A DNA stretch of 64,000 bases, taken from Squalus acanthias (taxonomy: Eukaryota). Positions within the stretch are counted from its first letter, which is position 1. Each line of letters begins with the position of its first letter. Below are positions 48,089 to 60,475 of the stretch, one piece after another. Location: the NCBI GenBank assembly GCA_030390025.1, contig CM059432.1, positions 138,200,001 through 138,264,000 of the forward strand, given 5' to 3'. The notes beneath the pieces are model-generated. The model made no database searches. It was given only the letters and a program-made list of their open reading frames with translations, and had not been told where the DNA came from. The position numbers and the translations under genes were made by a program.

Positions 48089-50108
48089 GGCTGGGAAATT
48101 GCAGCCATTTGCACCGGCCGTTAAGGCCAGTTTGGAAGAAAAAATGGCGGCCACGTTGCTTCCACCCGCCTCCAGCGCGGAGTGCTGGCGGCCGCCATTT
48201 TGGGCAGGTCAGCAGCGCTGCTGTTGCTTGCACTCACTTCACATATTCAGATGCGCGAGATTGCGACATCAGTTGGTGTGCAACGCTGAATTGACGCACA
48301 ATCTGGTATTTTGGACATCGCCACTCTTATTAACGCCCTCTCCAAAGCACGCATGGCAGAACGTGCTTTGAGGTAAGTTTAGATTTTTGCTTTTGTACTG
48401 GTTTCTTTACATTTTATTGGAGTAGTGGCTTGGTACAATACATTTCAAAAGTTGTTAAAGTGTGCAGGAGTGCTGCTGAACGTTTGCAAGGCTTTGGCTC
48501 TTAAAGGAAGGCCTCTGAGAACACCACTTGCTCCCAATCCTGGGGGCTCTAGTTGCAGTCCCCCTTGGGCTGCAGCATGACATGAAGATGGAGCAGAGGC
48601 AGTAAAGGGGACAAGCTGCTTGCAGAGGGAGAAGGAAGTGGAAGAAGCAGAAGCAGAAGAGGAAAACGCAGAAGGAAGGAGGCAACCCAGAGTCCAGACA
48701 ACCCCTTTCTGGCCGGGATATCCGGGATCGAATCATCCGCTTGCGGTACCAGTGACCACAACCCCAATTCCCCTTTCAACATTTGCCCCACCCCTTCCCT
48801 TCCTTCTGTTAATGACCATCACAGCATCCTCTTGACCACAATGCTGAAATAAAAGCCACCACAATCCAACTTTATCCATATATGCATCCAATATTACATC
48901 AAAAATCAACTAATCACCCTTGTGCATTCTCTTAGTGACTGTCTTGTGTGTACCTTTGCCTATCCTACTGATGTCATGCAGTGCTACCCCAGTAGCTGCA
49001 GCATGGCTGGTGGAAGGCTGCTGACTTTCAGTGGGGGACACTGCAGATGGCCTTGCAGGACGACCTCGAGGAGCTGGTGGCTGGGAGTGTGAAATCGAGT
49101 GATGGTGTTTCTTTTTCTTCACTCTCCTCTCCCTCTTTTTGTTCAACCACTGGCTGGGCAGGCTGGATTTCTTGGGTGTGTGAACTGAGGAAGGCACAAG
49201 GGCAGGGTTGTGATGAGGGGAGGGGGGCAAAGCAAGATGTGCATGCTTACGCCATGTGCAGCTTGTAAATCAGAAGATATTGTGGGATGAGGACGAAGTG
49301 GGATGTGAGAAGGAGGCTAACATATAAGGATATCGGCATCTCATATCCTTTCAGCCCCGCCGCTGGCCAAGGGCTCAGCCATGGCCCTGCCAAGAATGGC
49401 CAGCACCATCTCCTCTAAGGAGGTGAGGTGAAGCTAGGAATGTGAGGTGTGCCTCGTGTTTGGTCGTGATTGTTGGTAGGTGAGTGATTGGGGCAGGGTG
49501 GAGTGAAGTGTGTGAGGCTAGTGGTGTAGTTGGTAGGAGATGTCTTTTGAAGATGCATTCACTGACCTTGACCACTCGTCTGAGGTCATGAAACTTCTTT
49601 GGGCACTGGAGTCAGGTGGTGGGGGCAACACTGCTGGCAGTGGCGGCCTCGGTGATCTGGTCCCACATCCTTCTTTCTGGAAGGCCTCCTGGCCCGTGTG
49701 GGTAGAGGACCTCTCCTCCAGTGTTAAATCCATGCACAAAGCTCGAGTGTTGCATCCGAGACCCTGCGAGCCCTTTCCCTGGCCTGTTGAGCCATTTGTG
49801 TTAGGGCTGAAGCACATTTATCATTTTTAATCAGCAGAAGGCAGCTCACCTTTAAGAGGTGCAGACTGCCTTTAAGAGGAGCAGGCGAGCTTTAAGTAAA
49901 GCTCGCCTCGCTCCAGCAACATGAACTTCGGCCCCCTGCTGAGCGCACAGCCTGTCAGCAGCACATTCAGCGCTAGGCTGTGTGCTGCAATCATGATAAT
50001 TATCAGGCAGCACAAAGTTGACATGCTGCCCGCACTTTTGGAACAGGCATGGGCATATCTCGCATCGCGGTGCCACACCCTTGTTTTGCATTATCAAATT
50101 TCTAGGCT
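48089..50108. mobile_element. Internally deleted PIF/Harbinger transposon with transposase and Myb/trihelix gene remnants
   Basis: TSD CTC (48086-48088, 50109-50111); imperfect TIR GGCTGGGAAATT / AATTTCTAGGCT; convergent gene remnants. Confidence 0.8.
49567..49795 (-). pseudogene. Harbinger Myb/SANT-like (trihelix) DNA-binding gene, first coding exon remnant
   Basis: MAQQARERARRVSDATLE/(frameshift)FVHG..EVLYP..RRMWDQITEAATASSVAPTT*LQCPKKFHDLRRVVK, followed by donor GTCAGT. Confidence 0.7.
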
Positions 50109-50740
50109 CTCATCTCCCCTCTGACTTTTTTGCCAATTAACTTAAATCTGTGTCCTCTGGTTACCGATCCTCCTGCTACTGAAAACAGTTTCTCCTTATT
50201 TACTCTATCAAAACTCTTCATGATTTTGAACACCTCTATTAAACCTCCCCTTAACCTTCTTTGCTCTAAGGAGAACAACCCCAGCTTCTGTAGTTTCTCC
50301 AGGTAACTGAAGTCCTTCTGACAAACTGTGACACTGATGTCCATTTATTTTTCTCCTCCTTCCTGTCTGTTTGATCACATAGGATTCCCAGTCAGTTTTT
50401 TTTAGGCATCTTTGGTCCAATATCATGAAGTCTTGGTTCTGGAACCCAAATAAAGTCAGTAATGCATGCAAGAATGCACGGATTACAACAAATCCTCAAC
50501 ATATCCTCTCAGTACATTATACAACGGAGTGGTCATTTCCAGCCTGTCTCTCCTTTCTGTGTGGTCCTCAGCATATTTCCTGCACGGTGTGCTTCTGGGC
50601 ACCCACTTACAGTGTACCAGTGGGAGATTCAGTGTTGTTTCCTCTACTTCTATTGCTCTCAAGCAAAATAAGGTGGAGAAAATGCTATTGCGAGGCAGGG
50701 TTATTACATCAACCATAGAGTAAGTGGAAGGAGTAAGGAG

Positions 50741-50860
<120 letters not shown>

Positions 50861-50866
50861 GAACTC

Positions 50867-51294
50867 TTTTTATTCATTCATGGGATGTGGGCACCGCTGG
50901 CAAGGCCAGCATTTATTGTCCATCCCTAATTGCCCTTGAGAAGGTGGTGGTGAGCTGCCTTCTTGAACCGCTGCAGTCCGTGTGGTGAAGGTACTCCCAC
51001 AGTGCTGTTAGGTAAGGAGTTCCAGGATTTTGATCCACCGACAATGAAAGAATGGCAAAATATCTCCAAGTCAAGTTGGTGTGTGACTTGGAGGGGAACT
51101 TGGAGGTGGTGGTGTTCCCATGCGCTTGCTGCCCTTGTCCTTCTAGGTGGTAGAGGTCGCGGGTTTGGGAGGTGCTGCCGAACAAGCCTTGGCGAGTTGC
51201 TGCAGTGCATCTTGTAGATGGTACACACTGCAGCCACGGTACGCCGGTGGTGGAGGGAGTGAATGCTTAGGGTGGTGAATGGGGTGCCAATCAA
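50867..51294 (-). mobile_element. LINE 3' end (23237 family)
   Basis: ORF 50926..51294 HSLHHRRTVAAV..HHLLKGN plus 3' UTR. Confidence 0.9.
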
Positions 51295-51686
51295 ACTTGC
51301 ATTTATATTGCGCCTTTCATGACCTCAGGACGTCCCAAATTGCTTTACAGCCAATGAAGTACTTTTGAAATGTAGTCACTGTTGTTATGTAGGAAACTTC
51401 GGGTCCTATAGGTTTTGTTACATAGCCTCAACTTGGAAACTGCTCACAGTGGCATGGTGGAAATCAGGAGCTCAATGTATGGGGAATTGGACAACACATT
51501 AGTGCGCCTCATCAATCTGTGTTGTAGGATATTTCAGCCTTCCACAGTGTGGCTATCAACGAAGACAATCAATAAGTCTGTCACTAAGAAGTTAATGAGT
51601 AATAATGCCTTAAACAATCCTTTATTTTCATTCAGTTACCGTTGCCTCCATTCGTTTTGTGCTCAGGTAAATAGTTGAACTACTAA

Positions 51687-52128
51687 GAAAGAGATAACTT
51701 GCATTTATATAGCGTCTTTAGAAACCACAGGACGCCCCAAAGCTCTTTACAGCCAATGAAGTACAGTCACTGTTGCAATGTAGGAAACGTGGCAGCCAAT
51801 TTGTGCACAGTAAGGTCCCACAAACAGCAATGACCAGATAATCTGTTTTAGTGGTGCTGGTCGAGGGATAAATATTGGACAGGACAACAAGGAGAACTCT
51901 TCTTTGAAATTATGCCATGGGATCTTTTAAGTCCACCTGAGAGAGCAGACAGGGCCTTGGTTTAACTTCTCATCTGAAGGATGGCACCTCTGACAGTGCA
52001 GCATTCCCTCAGTATTGCACTGGGAGTGTCAGCCTGGATTTTGTGTTCAAATCCCTGGAGTGGGAACTTGAACCCACAACCTTCTGACTTAGAGGTGAGA
52101 GAGTGCTACCCACTGAGCCATGGCTGAC
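51687..52128 (-). mobile_element. DeuSINE
   Basis: Head, core and tail on the minus strand. Confidence 0.85.
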
Positions 52129-52783
52129 GCTGACACTATACACGGGTAAGATATTTTAACTTGGAGGAAGGCTAGTAACGCCATCATCTGACATGCCCTG
52201 CACAATGTGCCCCTCCTTGCTCATTCATCGCAAAGTAGCAGCATTAATAATGATGATATAAGATTTACAGGTTAGACTGACTGGACTTAAAATTGGAAGA
52301 GGATATGAAACAACAGAGGAAGAAAAAAGAAACTTTCATTATCTATTGCTCAGATATACTAACATATTAATTGGTACAGAAATATTCTCTGTTCCTTTTC
52401 CTGAAGAACAGCCTTGTGCTACTCCAGTACAAATTAAAACAATCACTGCATTAGATTTTTGACAAAGTCGGTCAACTAAATCACTGGTCAGGCCTCAGCT
52501 GGGGTTTTGTGTCCAATTCCGGGCACCACACTTTAGGAAGGATGTCAAGGCCTTGGAGAGGGTGCAGAGGAGATTTACTACAATGTGCTACATGATCGCT
52601 TGATGCTAACAAGCCTGAACAGCTTTCATGTTTTCTCTTATTTGTAACGCGATAGGACGATCTTAATCGCAGAACAAAATATAAACCTTCAGCTTCATAA
52701 GTGAATATGACATCGCAAAATGTTAAACGCTTGGTGATAAGTCAACTCCACAGTCCCGAAGAAATGTGTACAAAGTAAACAAT

Positions 52784-52922
52784 TGTGAGAAGTCACACAA
52801 CACCAGGTTATAGTCCAACAGTTTTATTTGAAATCACAAGCTTTCGGAGCTGCTGCTATAACCTGGTGTTGTGCGACTTCTCACATTTGTCCACCCCAGT
52901 CGAACACCGGCATCTCCACATC
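52784..52922. mobile_element. Penelope pLTR micro-insertion with inverted arrangement
   Basis: 52784-52853 is antisense and 52856-52922 sense to the 8830-8938 sequence; flanked by CAAAGTAAACAAT / CAAAGTAAAACAAT. Confidence 0.8.
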
Positions 52923-53489
52923 AAAGTAAAACAATGGCATTCCTTCCATCATTGGTTCAAGTCCCACTCCAATGACTGAGAGCCTAACGCCTGCCTCTTG
53001 TCCTTACCCAACATGGCGGGCGCTTCCTGTCTGCCATTTTGGGGCCTTAGGCGTCCGCGCATCGCCCAAAAAAAAAAAAACGGGCACTTGTGCGATGGAA
53101 TTTCTAGTCCCGTGTCTCAGCAGGATTGCAGCGTCTGAGGTACGCTTGTGGGAAGCACAGTGAAGCTACTGTAGGACAGAATGGCTCATTAAAAATATCC
53201 TAAAATGACTTCAGACTGGTGTCAGCGAGTTGTGAAAGATGCTCTTGATGTCACAACAGGAGCTGTGTTGCAGTTTTGAAGTGCATCAGCATCTTTTCAT
53301 CATCTTTGACACGGGTTATTTTGTCTACTTTCGCTTTGGGGGGAGATTAATCTTTCAGAAGATGCAATTCAGTGGGGATGACCTTTTTTCTCCGGGATTC
53401 AGAAGCTCTCTCGCTCTAATCTAGCTCTCAAAGGGAGTACTAATTACGCTGCAATTTGTGGGAGAGCAGTTTAGGTTTCACACATTGCT

Positions 53490-53760
53490 GGCTGCACTCG
53501 GGAGTCCAGAAACTTGAACTATTGCTTCTTCAAATGCAATTTTAGGATTTTGGCCACATTCTTGGTAATGAGGAGCTTGCTCACCCAGATCAAGCAGCAT
53601 TCATTAAAAGTAGACCCTCACTGGATAATGTATGGAGGCCGAATCTGGATAGTCGAAGTGACAAGCATGCTATGGCTCTCTTTCCAAATGTCAAGAAAGC
53701 ATTCGATTGTACACATTATAAATAAAAAAATTGCAAATGCTTAAAATCTGTTTTGCTTAC
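53490..53760 (+). pseudogene. Old L1/Tx1-clade RT fossil
   Basis: FRILATFLVMR / LAHPDQAAFIKSRPSLDNVWR (53576-53638) / NVKKAFD (~53687-53707), matching KILAKxLANR..IHPDQxGFIKGR..DNxRR..DAEKAFD. Confidence 0.6.
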
Positions 53761-53829
53761 ACAAATTGCTCATTCCTTTTTTTTGATGTTAGAAGAATCA
53801 GATTTTCAGAGCATCTAATCTATGCATTC

Positions 53830-54159
53830 AGGCTGCTTCCCCTGGTTGGAGAGTCTAGAACCAGGGGTCACAGTCTCAGAATAAGGGGTCGGCCATTTAG
53901 GACTGAGATGAGGAGAAATTTCTTCACTCAGAGGGTGGTGAATCTTTGGAATTCTCTACCCCAGAGGGCTGTGGATGCTCAGTTGTTGAGTATATTTAAG
54001 GGTAAGATTGATATATTTTTTGACTCTAAGGGAATCAAGGGATATGGGCATCGGGCATGAAAGTGGAGTTGAGGTCAAAGATCAGCCATGATCTTATTGA
54101 ATGGCGGAGCAGGCTCGAGGGGCCGTATGGCCGACTCCTGCTCCTATTTCTCATGTTCT
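53830..54159 (+). mobile_element. CR1 3' end
   Basis: ESRTRGHSLRIRGRPFRTEMRRNFFTQRV plus tail. Confidence 0.9.
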
Positions 54160-54208
54160 TAGCCATAAACTTGCTTAATATGCTGTACTCTAATCGGCAG
54201 GCTAGAGC

Positions 54209-54584
54209 TAGGGTTGCCAAACCTCCAGGAATGCCCTGGAGTCTCCAAGAATTGAAGATTAATCTCCAGGACACTGCTACAAGCAATCCAGGAGAAAAAT
54301 CAAAGGGGAATTTAAAAAAAAAGTTTTGGGTTTTTTTTATTCCCATTTTCTTTGATTTTGTTTATTAGTTATAAAAATATAGGAGTTGGGAGAAAATAGG
54401 CTGTTTGACAGTCAAGAACCATCCAATTGAGTCATGAAAAGTCTGTTCACTTTCCAATTGGCCGTGGGAAGGCGGGGCACTGCGAAGATGGACATGTCGG
54501 ATGACCAATAGCAGGAGTGTGGGGGCGGGGCAGTGGGAGGCAGGAGGTCATGTGATGAAGCCTCCAGGAATACGTCCAACCCTA
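54209..54584. mobile_element. hAT-type MITE
   Basis: Ends TAGGGTTG / CAACCCTA; 8-bp TSD GCTAGAGC / GCTGGAGC. Confidence 0.8.
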
Positions 54585-54847
54585 GCTGGAGCCTATATGA
54601 AGAGTATTGATTCAGATCCCATACGCTACACTAAAGGAGAACACTTTCCTTTCTGCTCCAAGTCACGTGGCTATGGCAAGGGATCCAATCTGGATATCCG
54701 TGAATTTGCGATCGACTCACTTGCTCTCATATCCAGATGATGCATGTCATCAAATGTGTCCCAATTAGCTGCATGTGACTGCTAATTACTTGGACCTCCA
54801 GGCACAAAATTAACATCAATAAAACTGAGACATTGCCAGTGATGACC

Positions 54848-55310
54848 TGTCGGCTGTGGCTCAGTGGGTGGCATTATCACCTGTGTGTCAGAAGGTCATG
54901 GTTTCAAGTTCCACTTCAGAGGCTTGAGCACAAAATCAAGGCTGCTATCTCCAGTGCAGTACTGAGGGAGTGCAGCACTGTCGGAGGTGCCGTTTTTTTT
55001 GGATGAAATGCTAAACCGTCTGCCCTCTCAGGTGGAAGCAAAAGATCCCGGGGCACTATTTCAAAGAAGAACAAAGGAGTTCTCCCCGGTGGTCCTGGCC
55101 AATATCTATCTCTCAACCAACACCAATAAAACAGATTATCTGGTCATTATCTCATTGCTGCTTGTGGGGTCTTGCTGTGCTCAAATTGGCTTCCAAGTTT
55201 CCTATATTACAGCAGTGACTACACTTCAAAAAAGTACTTCATTGGCTGTGAAGCACTTTGGGATGTCCTGAGGTTGTGAAAGGTGCTATATAAATGCAAG
55301 TTTTTCATTC
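54848..55310 (+). mobile_element. DeuSINE
   Basis: Head, core and tail present. Confidence 0.85.
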
Positions 55311-55403
55311 TTTAGGCCCACATTGCCAGCCTCAATTGACATCATTAGATTGTACTCTAAGATAAGGTCTCATCAGCTATCAACAAGATCAATTGTCGTT
55401 CAT

Positions 55404-55660
55404 AAGCAAAATACTGCGGACGCTGGAAATCTGAAATAAAAACAGAGATTGCTGGAAATACTCAGCAGGTCAGGCAGCGTCTGTGGAGAAAAAAACAGAG
55501 TTAACGTTTCAGGTCAATGACCTTTTATCAGAACTAGAAGTTGTTGGAAATTTAACAGTTTTTAAGCAAGTGCCGAGCCAGATTGCTACCTGACCTGCTG
55601 AGTACTTCCAGTATTTTCTGTTTTTATTTCAGATTTCCAGCATCCACAATATTTTGCTTT
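55404..55660. mobile_element. Penelope-like pLTR pair in inverted orientation with degenerate hammerhead
   Basis: ~73-bp inverted arms (55405-55477 / 55585-55658); minus strand CTGATAA-A-AGGTC-ATT-GACCT-GAAA-CGTTAA at 55501-55531. Confidence 0.75.
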
Positions 55661-56564
55661 TGTATAAATGTTTTTCAACACATGTGGTTCACTGTTCCTG
55701 AGGTGGATTGCTCGCTTCCCAAAAAATGACTGAGCCAGACTAGGAGTTGGATGGAGGCTGTGGAATTGTCCTTGTGTATCAGAAAATATTAGTGCGATTT
55801 TCCTTTTCCAGCCAGGAATCCCGGGAATCTGTGGAGGGTCTACGGTGGCAGTGGACAAACTAGGAGAGGGTTCTATTCTTTTCAACAAAGCTCATCTCCT
55901 GTCAGAGAATGCGGAGTGGCAATGACAATAACCACGCGGGAAGATTATATGTGACTCAAACAACCCCTCTTGTCTCACTTGTTGGGGGGTGGGTGGGGAG
56001 GGGTGCAATAGGTTGGAAGCAAGACGTTGGAGAAAAGGAATAAAAGGGTATAAAATGCTCACACACAAAATGTGATTAGGTATAGTGTAAAATATTTATC
56101 CTAATCACAGCGAGAGGATGTCATTAGTGACTGCAATCATATTAAGACTGTAAGTGCAGCTTACTGAGGACCGTGCGTCCTGTGAGTGATTTCCGTGGGA
56201 ACTGCAGGCTATGCTGCTTTCAGCACCTATTGCAAAAAAAGGTAACAAAATAGAATGGATGTTATAAATCCAGCTGACTTCACTCAGCCTATCGAGCCAA
56301 AGGGTCATTCTCCACCTATGAGCAACAAAGGGGCTTTCGAAACATGTCGAATGTAGAGGGGGAAAAACAATCAGGGCACAGAACGACAAATGGGAAGTAT
56401 CCAAAGAATATGTGTAAGTGTTTTGTGATTGTGGATTTAGGATGAACCAGGCCAATAGAAAGCAAATGTACAGAGGATGATTGGGCATTGGTGTGGCAAT
56501 TCGCTGTGCTGTAGAGGGTCCTACAAACTAAGCCGCTGATCGCAGATGTGCTTTTGAGAAAGGG

Positions 56565-56740
56565 ACATAGGAACAAGAGGAGGCCATTCAGCCCTTCGAG
56601 CCTGTTCCGCCATTCAATTAGATCATGGCTGATCTGTATCTTAACTCCACCTACCCATCTTGGTCTGAAATCCTTAATACCCTTGCCTAACAAAAATCTA
56701 TCAATCTCAGTTTTGAAATTTTCAATTGAACCCCAGCCTC
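56565..56740 (-). mobile_element. CR1 3' tail
   Basis: FKTEIDRFLLGKGIK plus 3' UTR. Confidence 0.8.
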
Positions 56741-56766
56741 TGTAGTTTGCCCGGGAAAAGTATAAT

Positions 56767-57531
56767 GGCCCAGAAATTCGCGTGGCCGGCTTGCCGCGGG
56801 GGTAAGGATCGCGCGCGCTCTTACCCACCGCGCCTGCCGTTGTGTTTTGGGCCCACGGGAACTTCGGGTCCTGGGCCTCTCCCAAGAGCCGGCGCGCAGT
56901 ACTTGCGTGTTCCAGGGGCGCAGTTAGTGCGATGCGACCCCTGGGATCACGTGGGCCATGGAGAGCCAATGGCAGCAGACCATCTTTCATTCATAGATTT
57001 GACAGGAGACCTGTCAAATCTGTGAATTGAAATCGGCCCCAAAAGAACAGCTAAACTTAAAATAGATTTTTTTTAAAAACCATCACATTTATAAAATAAC
57101 TATAGTTAAATAAATTAACCACTTTAAACAAAAATTTAAATTTTTGAAAAAATTAAAATACATTTTAAAAGTTATAAAAATAAACTTACCTTTCTTTAAA
57201 GTATCTAAAAAAGATAAAACTGTTGAAAAAAAATTTTAAATATACTTAATTAACCACTTACCTTGTTCAAAAGGGGTCTTACGCCTCCTTTTTATTAGCG
57301 TAGTATCTTCAATACTTACCCTCGCGTAGAAACCTGAAAAAATATCTAAGTGTGCTGCGTGCGCGCAGCCTCTAGCGCGCACGCGGTTCACCTAGGAACC
57401 GCCCCCTTCACCATACCGGAAGTACCGGTTTCCCGCGCATGCGCAGTGCATGCAGGAAACCAGCACTTCGGGAAGGAATACGGGTGAGTACGGACTGTGT
57501 ACTCACGCGGGAAGGGCCGAATTTTTGGGCC
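56767..57531. mobile_element. Harbinger-type MITE (family D) with an AT-rich core
   Basis: TIR GGCCCAGAAATTCG / CGAATTTTTGGGCC (13/14), TSD AAT (56764-56766, 57532-57534). Confidence 0.85.
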
Positions 57532-57877
57532 AATGTAAACTAAATAAAGCAGTCAAGTGCAAACCAGCTGAACTCCAGTATTGCACTGCAAGACCACTGA
57601 GCTTATTATGAGGCAGGCAGTACAAGCTATGTTTGACTTGTGTCGTTCAGAAATACATCTCCTCATCCTCAACTTCTTGAAATGAAGGCTTTAGTGTTGA
57701 CCCTCCGCCATTCAATCAGGCTGTCAGCCAAAGCAGTGACGGCAGAATCAAAGAGGAATGTGACTATACAGGAGAGACCAATTGGCGCAAAGATTGGTCA
57801 ACTTAGGGAGAGAGAAAAAACAGATTGTGCCAAGCTATATCTAGAGTGTACGTAACAGGGACAGCTGGGAAAAAGGA

Positions 57878-58676
57878 TTTGGTAGGAAAAATAGAAAAGC
57901 AGTGTATTTTTTAAATGGTGAGAGATTGGGAAATGTTGGTGTTCAGAGGGACCTGGGCGGCCTTGTACACGAATCACTGAAAGTTAACATGCAGGTACAG
58001 CAAGCAATTAGGAAAGCAAATGGTATGTTGACCTTTATTACAAGAGGATTTGAGTATAAGAGTAAAGACGTCTTACTGCAATTATATAGGGCCCTGGTGA
58101 GACCGCTCCTGGAGTATTATGTACAGTTTTGGTCTCCTTACCTAAGGAAGGATATACTTGCCATAGAGGGAGTGCAACGAAGGTTCACCAGACTGGTTCC
58201 TGAGATGGGGGGATTGTCCTATGAGGAGAGAATGAGTAGGCTAGGCCTATATTCACTAGAGTTTAGAAGAATGAGAGGTGATCTCATTGAAACATACAAA
58301 ATTCTTACAGGGCTTGACAGGGTAGATGCAGAGAGGATGTTTCCCCTGGCTGGGGAGTCTAGAACCAGGGGTCACAGTCTCAGAATAAGGGGTCGGCCAT
58401 TTAGGACTGAGATGAGGAGAAATTTCTTCACTCAGAGGGTGGTGAATCTTTGGAATTCTCTACCCCAGAGGGCTGTGGAGGCTCAGTCGTTGAGTATATT
58501 CAAGACAGAGATCGATAAACTTTTGAATATTAAGGGAATCAAGGGATATGGGGATAGTTCAGGAAAGTGGAGATGAGGTAGAAGATCAGCCATGATCTTA
58601 TTGAATGACAGAGCAGGCTCGAAGGGCCAAATGGCCTACTCCTGCTCCTATTTCTTATGTTCTTATTATGTTCTTA
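57878..58676 (+). mobile_element. CR1 3' portion with an uninterrupted 224-aa frame
   Basis: ORF 57902..58576 plus 3' UTR and (TTCTTATG)n tail. Confidence 0.92.
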
Positions 58677-58924
58677 TATGTTTGGAAACAGGGAGGCTCT
58701 TTTGTAATGTGCTTGGACTACCTGCTTGAATAGATAATAATCTAGACTGCTTTCATATCAAAAGCCCAATGGTTAAGCTGCTTACCGGAGACAGTTAGTT
58801 AGCAAATTTCTTTTTTAGGATGTCAAATTATGCTGCACATTGATTCCAAATATTTTCATATTAAAATGTGGAAAATACTGAAAGGAAGAATGCTTGGGTA
58901 AGACTCTTCATTGGAATATGTTCA

Positions 58925-59300
58925 AATCTCTCCATGGTCTCGCCCCTCCCTATCTCTGTAACCTCCTCAAGCCCTACAACTCTCCGAGATCTCTGCGCTC
59001 CTCTAATCCTGGCCTCTTGCGCATCCCCGATTTCCATCACCTCACCATTGGCGGCCAAGCCTTCAGCTGCTGAGGCCCCTAAGCTCTGGAATTCCCTCTC
59101 TAAGCCTCTCCGCCTCTCTACCTCGCTCTCCTCCATTAGGACGCTCCTTAAAACCTACCTCTTTCACCAAGCTTTTGGTCAGCTGTCCTAATATCTCCTT
59201 AAGTGGCTTGGAGTCAGATTTTGTTTGATAACGCTCCTGTGAAGCGCCTTGGGACGTTTTACTACGTTAAAGACGCTGTATAAATGCAAGTTGTTGCTGT
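58925..59300 (+). mobile_element. L2-type LINE 3' end
   Basis: GLAPPYL..RDLCAP..PKLWNSL region plus (TTG)n tail. Confidence 0.8.
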
Positions 59301-59819
59301 TGTCATCACTGGTTCTATTTCCAGCATTTTGAGTCCTTATTTTAGATTTCCCCATGTACGTCATTCATTTTATCTCTTAATTCCTGTGTGTAATTCCTGG
59401 TTCCTTGTTTGCACCAAACCTTCTTTGGCTGGTGTTGTGGGGCAGTCCAGGTTGCCTATTTTAAACAGGGTCTGCCAGGATCGGCCTATAGTGGCCGTCG
59501 GGAGATACAGGGGGCCCGGCTGACTTTGCCCTCTGATGTTCTTCTTCCTTCTTTATTGTGGAGAAATAATGTTACTGCTTCTCTGCGCCGAGACCAGATG
59601 GCCTGCTTGAGAGCGGGAACCATAGACATAAACGTGATTCTCTGCTGCTCTTTTAGATATTAAATTCTAGATTTAATGCAGCTCCAAATCCAGATGGAAA
59701 ATAGGGCAGGTGGGAGGCTTAATTACATGCTTGGCATAAAGCTCAGAATTCTTGCTGCTCTGGGCCTCGCCCGCAGGCACTTTTGTTTCTGTGCTGATAA
59801 CCATGGCCCTCTGTGATTG

Positions 59820-60155
59820 AAAGAGAAAACTTGCATTTCCATAGCACCTTTCCCGACTTTAGGACGTCCCCAAGCGCTTTACAACCAATGAAGTACTTTT
59901 GAAGCGCAGTCACTGTTGTGATGCCGGGAACGCGGCAGCCAATTTGCGCACAGCAAGGTCCCACAAACAGCAGTGTCATAACGACCAGGTAACCTGTTTT
60001 AGTGATGTTGCTTGAGGGATAAATATTGGCCCAGGACACCGGGGAGAACACCCCTCCTTTTCCGTCCACCTGACAGAGCCTCGATTTAACGTCTCATCCG
60101 AAAGACGGCATGGCTGTGCTCCCTCAGTGCTGCACAGGGGATTGTCAGCCAATGG

Positions 60156-60188
<33 letters not shown>

Positions 60189-60416
60189 TGCGGTCTGTTT
60201 AACGGGCTGCAGTGCCCATTCAAAATTTTGCGCATGCGTGAAATCTCCCATTTGAAAAGCCGGTCCCGGGCTGCGCGGGACCTCTAGACAGTTGCGCGGC
60301 CGCGCAGTTTAGCGGGAATGTTGGTGTCAGCCTAGATTATGTGTTCAGGTCTCTGGCGAGGGACTTGACCTTCTGACTGAGAAGCGAGAGTGCTACCCAT
60401 TGAGCCACAGCTGACA
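59820..60416 (-). mobile_element. DeuSINE interrupted by a hAT MITE
   Basis: SINE pieces at 59820-60149 and 60324-60416. Confidence 0.8.
60150..60323. mobile_element. Small hAT-type MITE whose left end is eroded by T/(TG)n repeats
   Basis: 8-bp TSD TTGTCAGC / GTGTCAGC; ends CAATG.. / ..GGGAATGTTG. Confidence 0.65.
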
Positions 60417-60475
60417 TGTGTTGCCTTCCATGGATCAAAATAAAATCGATAATTCCACCCTGACGTGCAGAGACT

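Noticed and set aside
50383..50723. Acceptor-like site followed by several overlapping open frames
   Set aside because: No frame resembles a known protein and there is no convincing gene model; compatible with chance.
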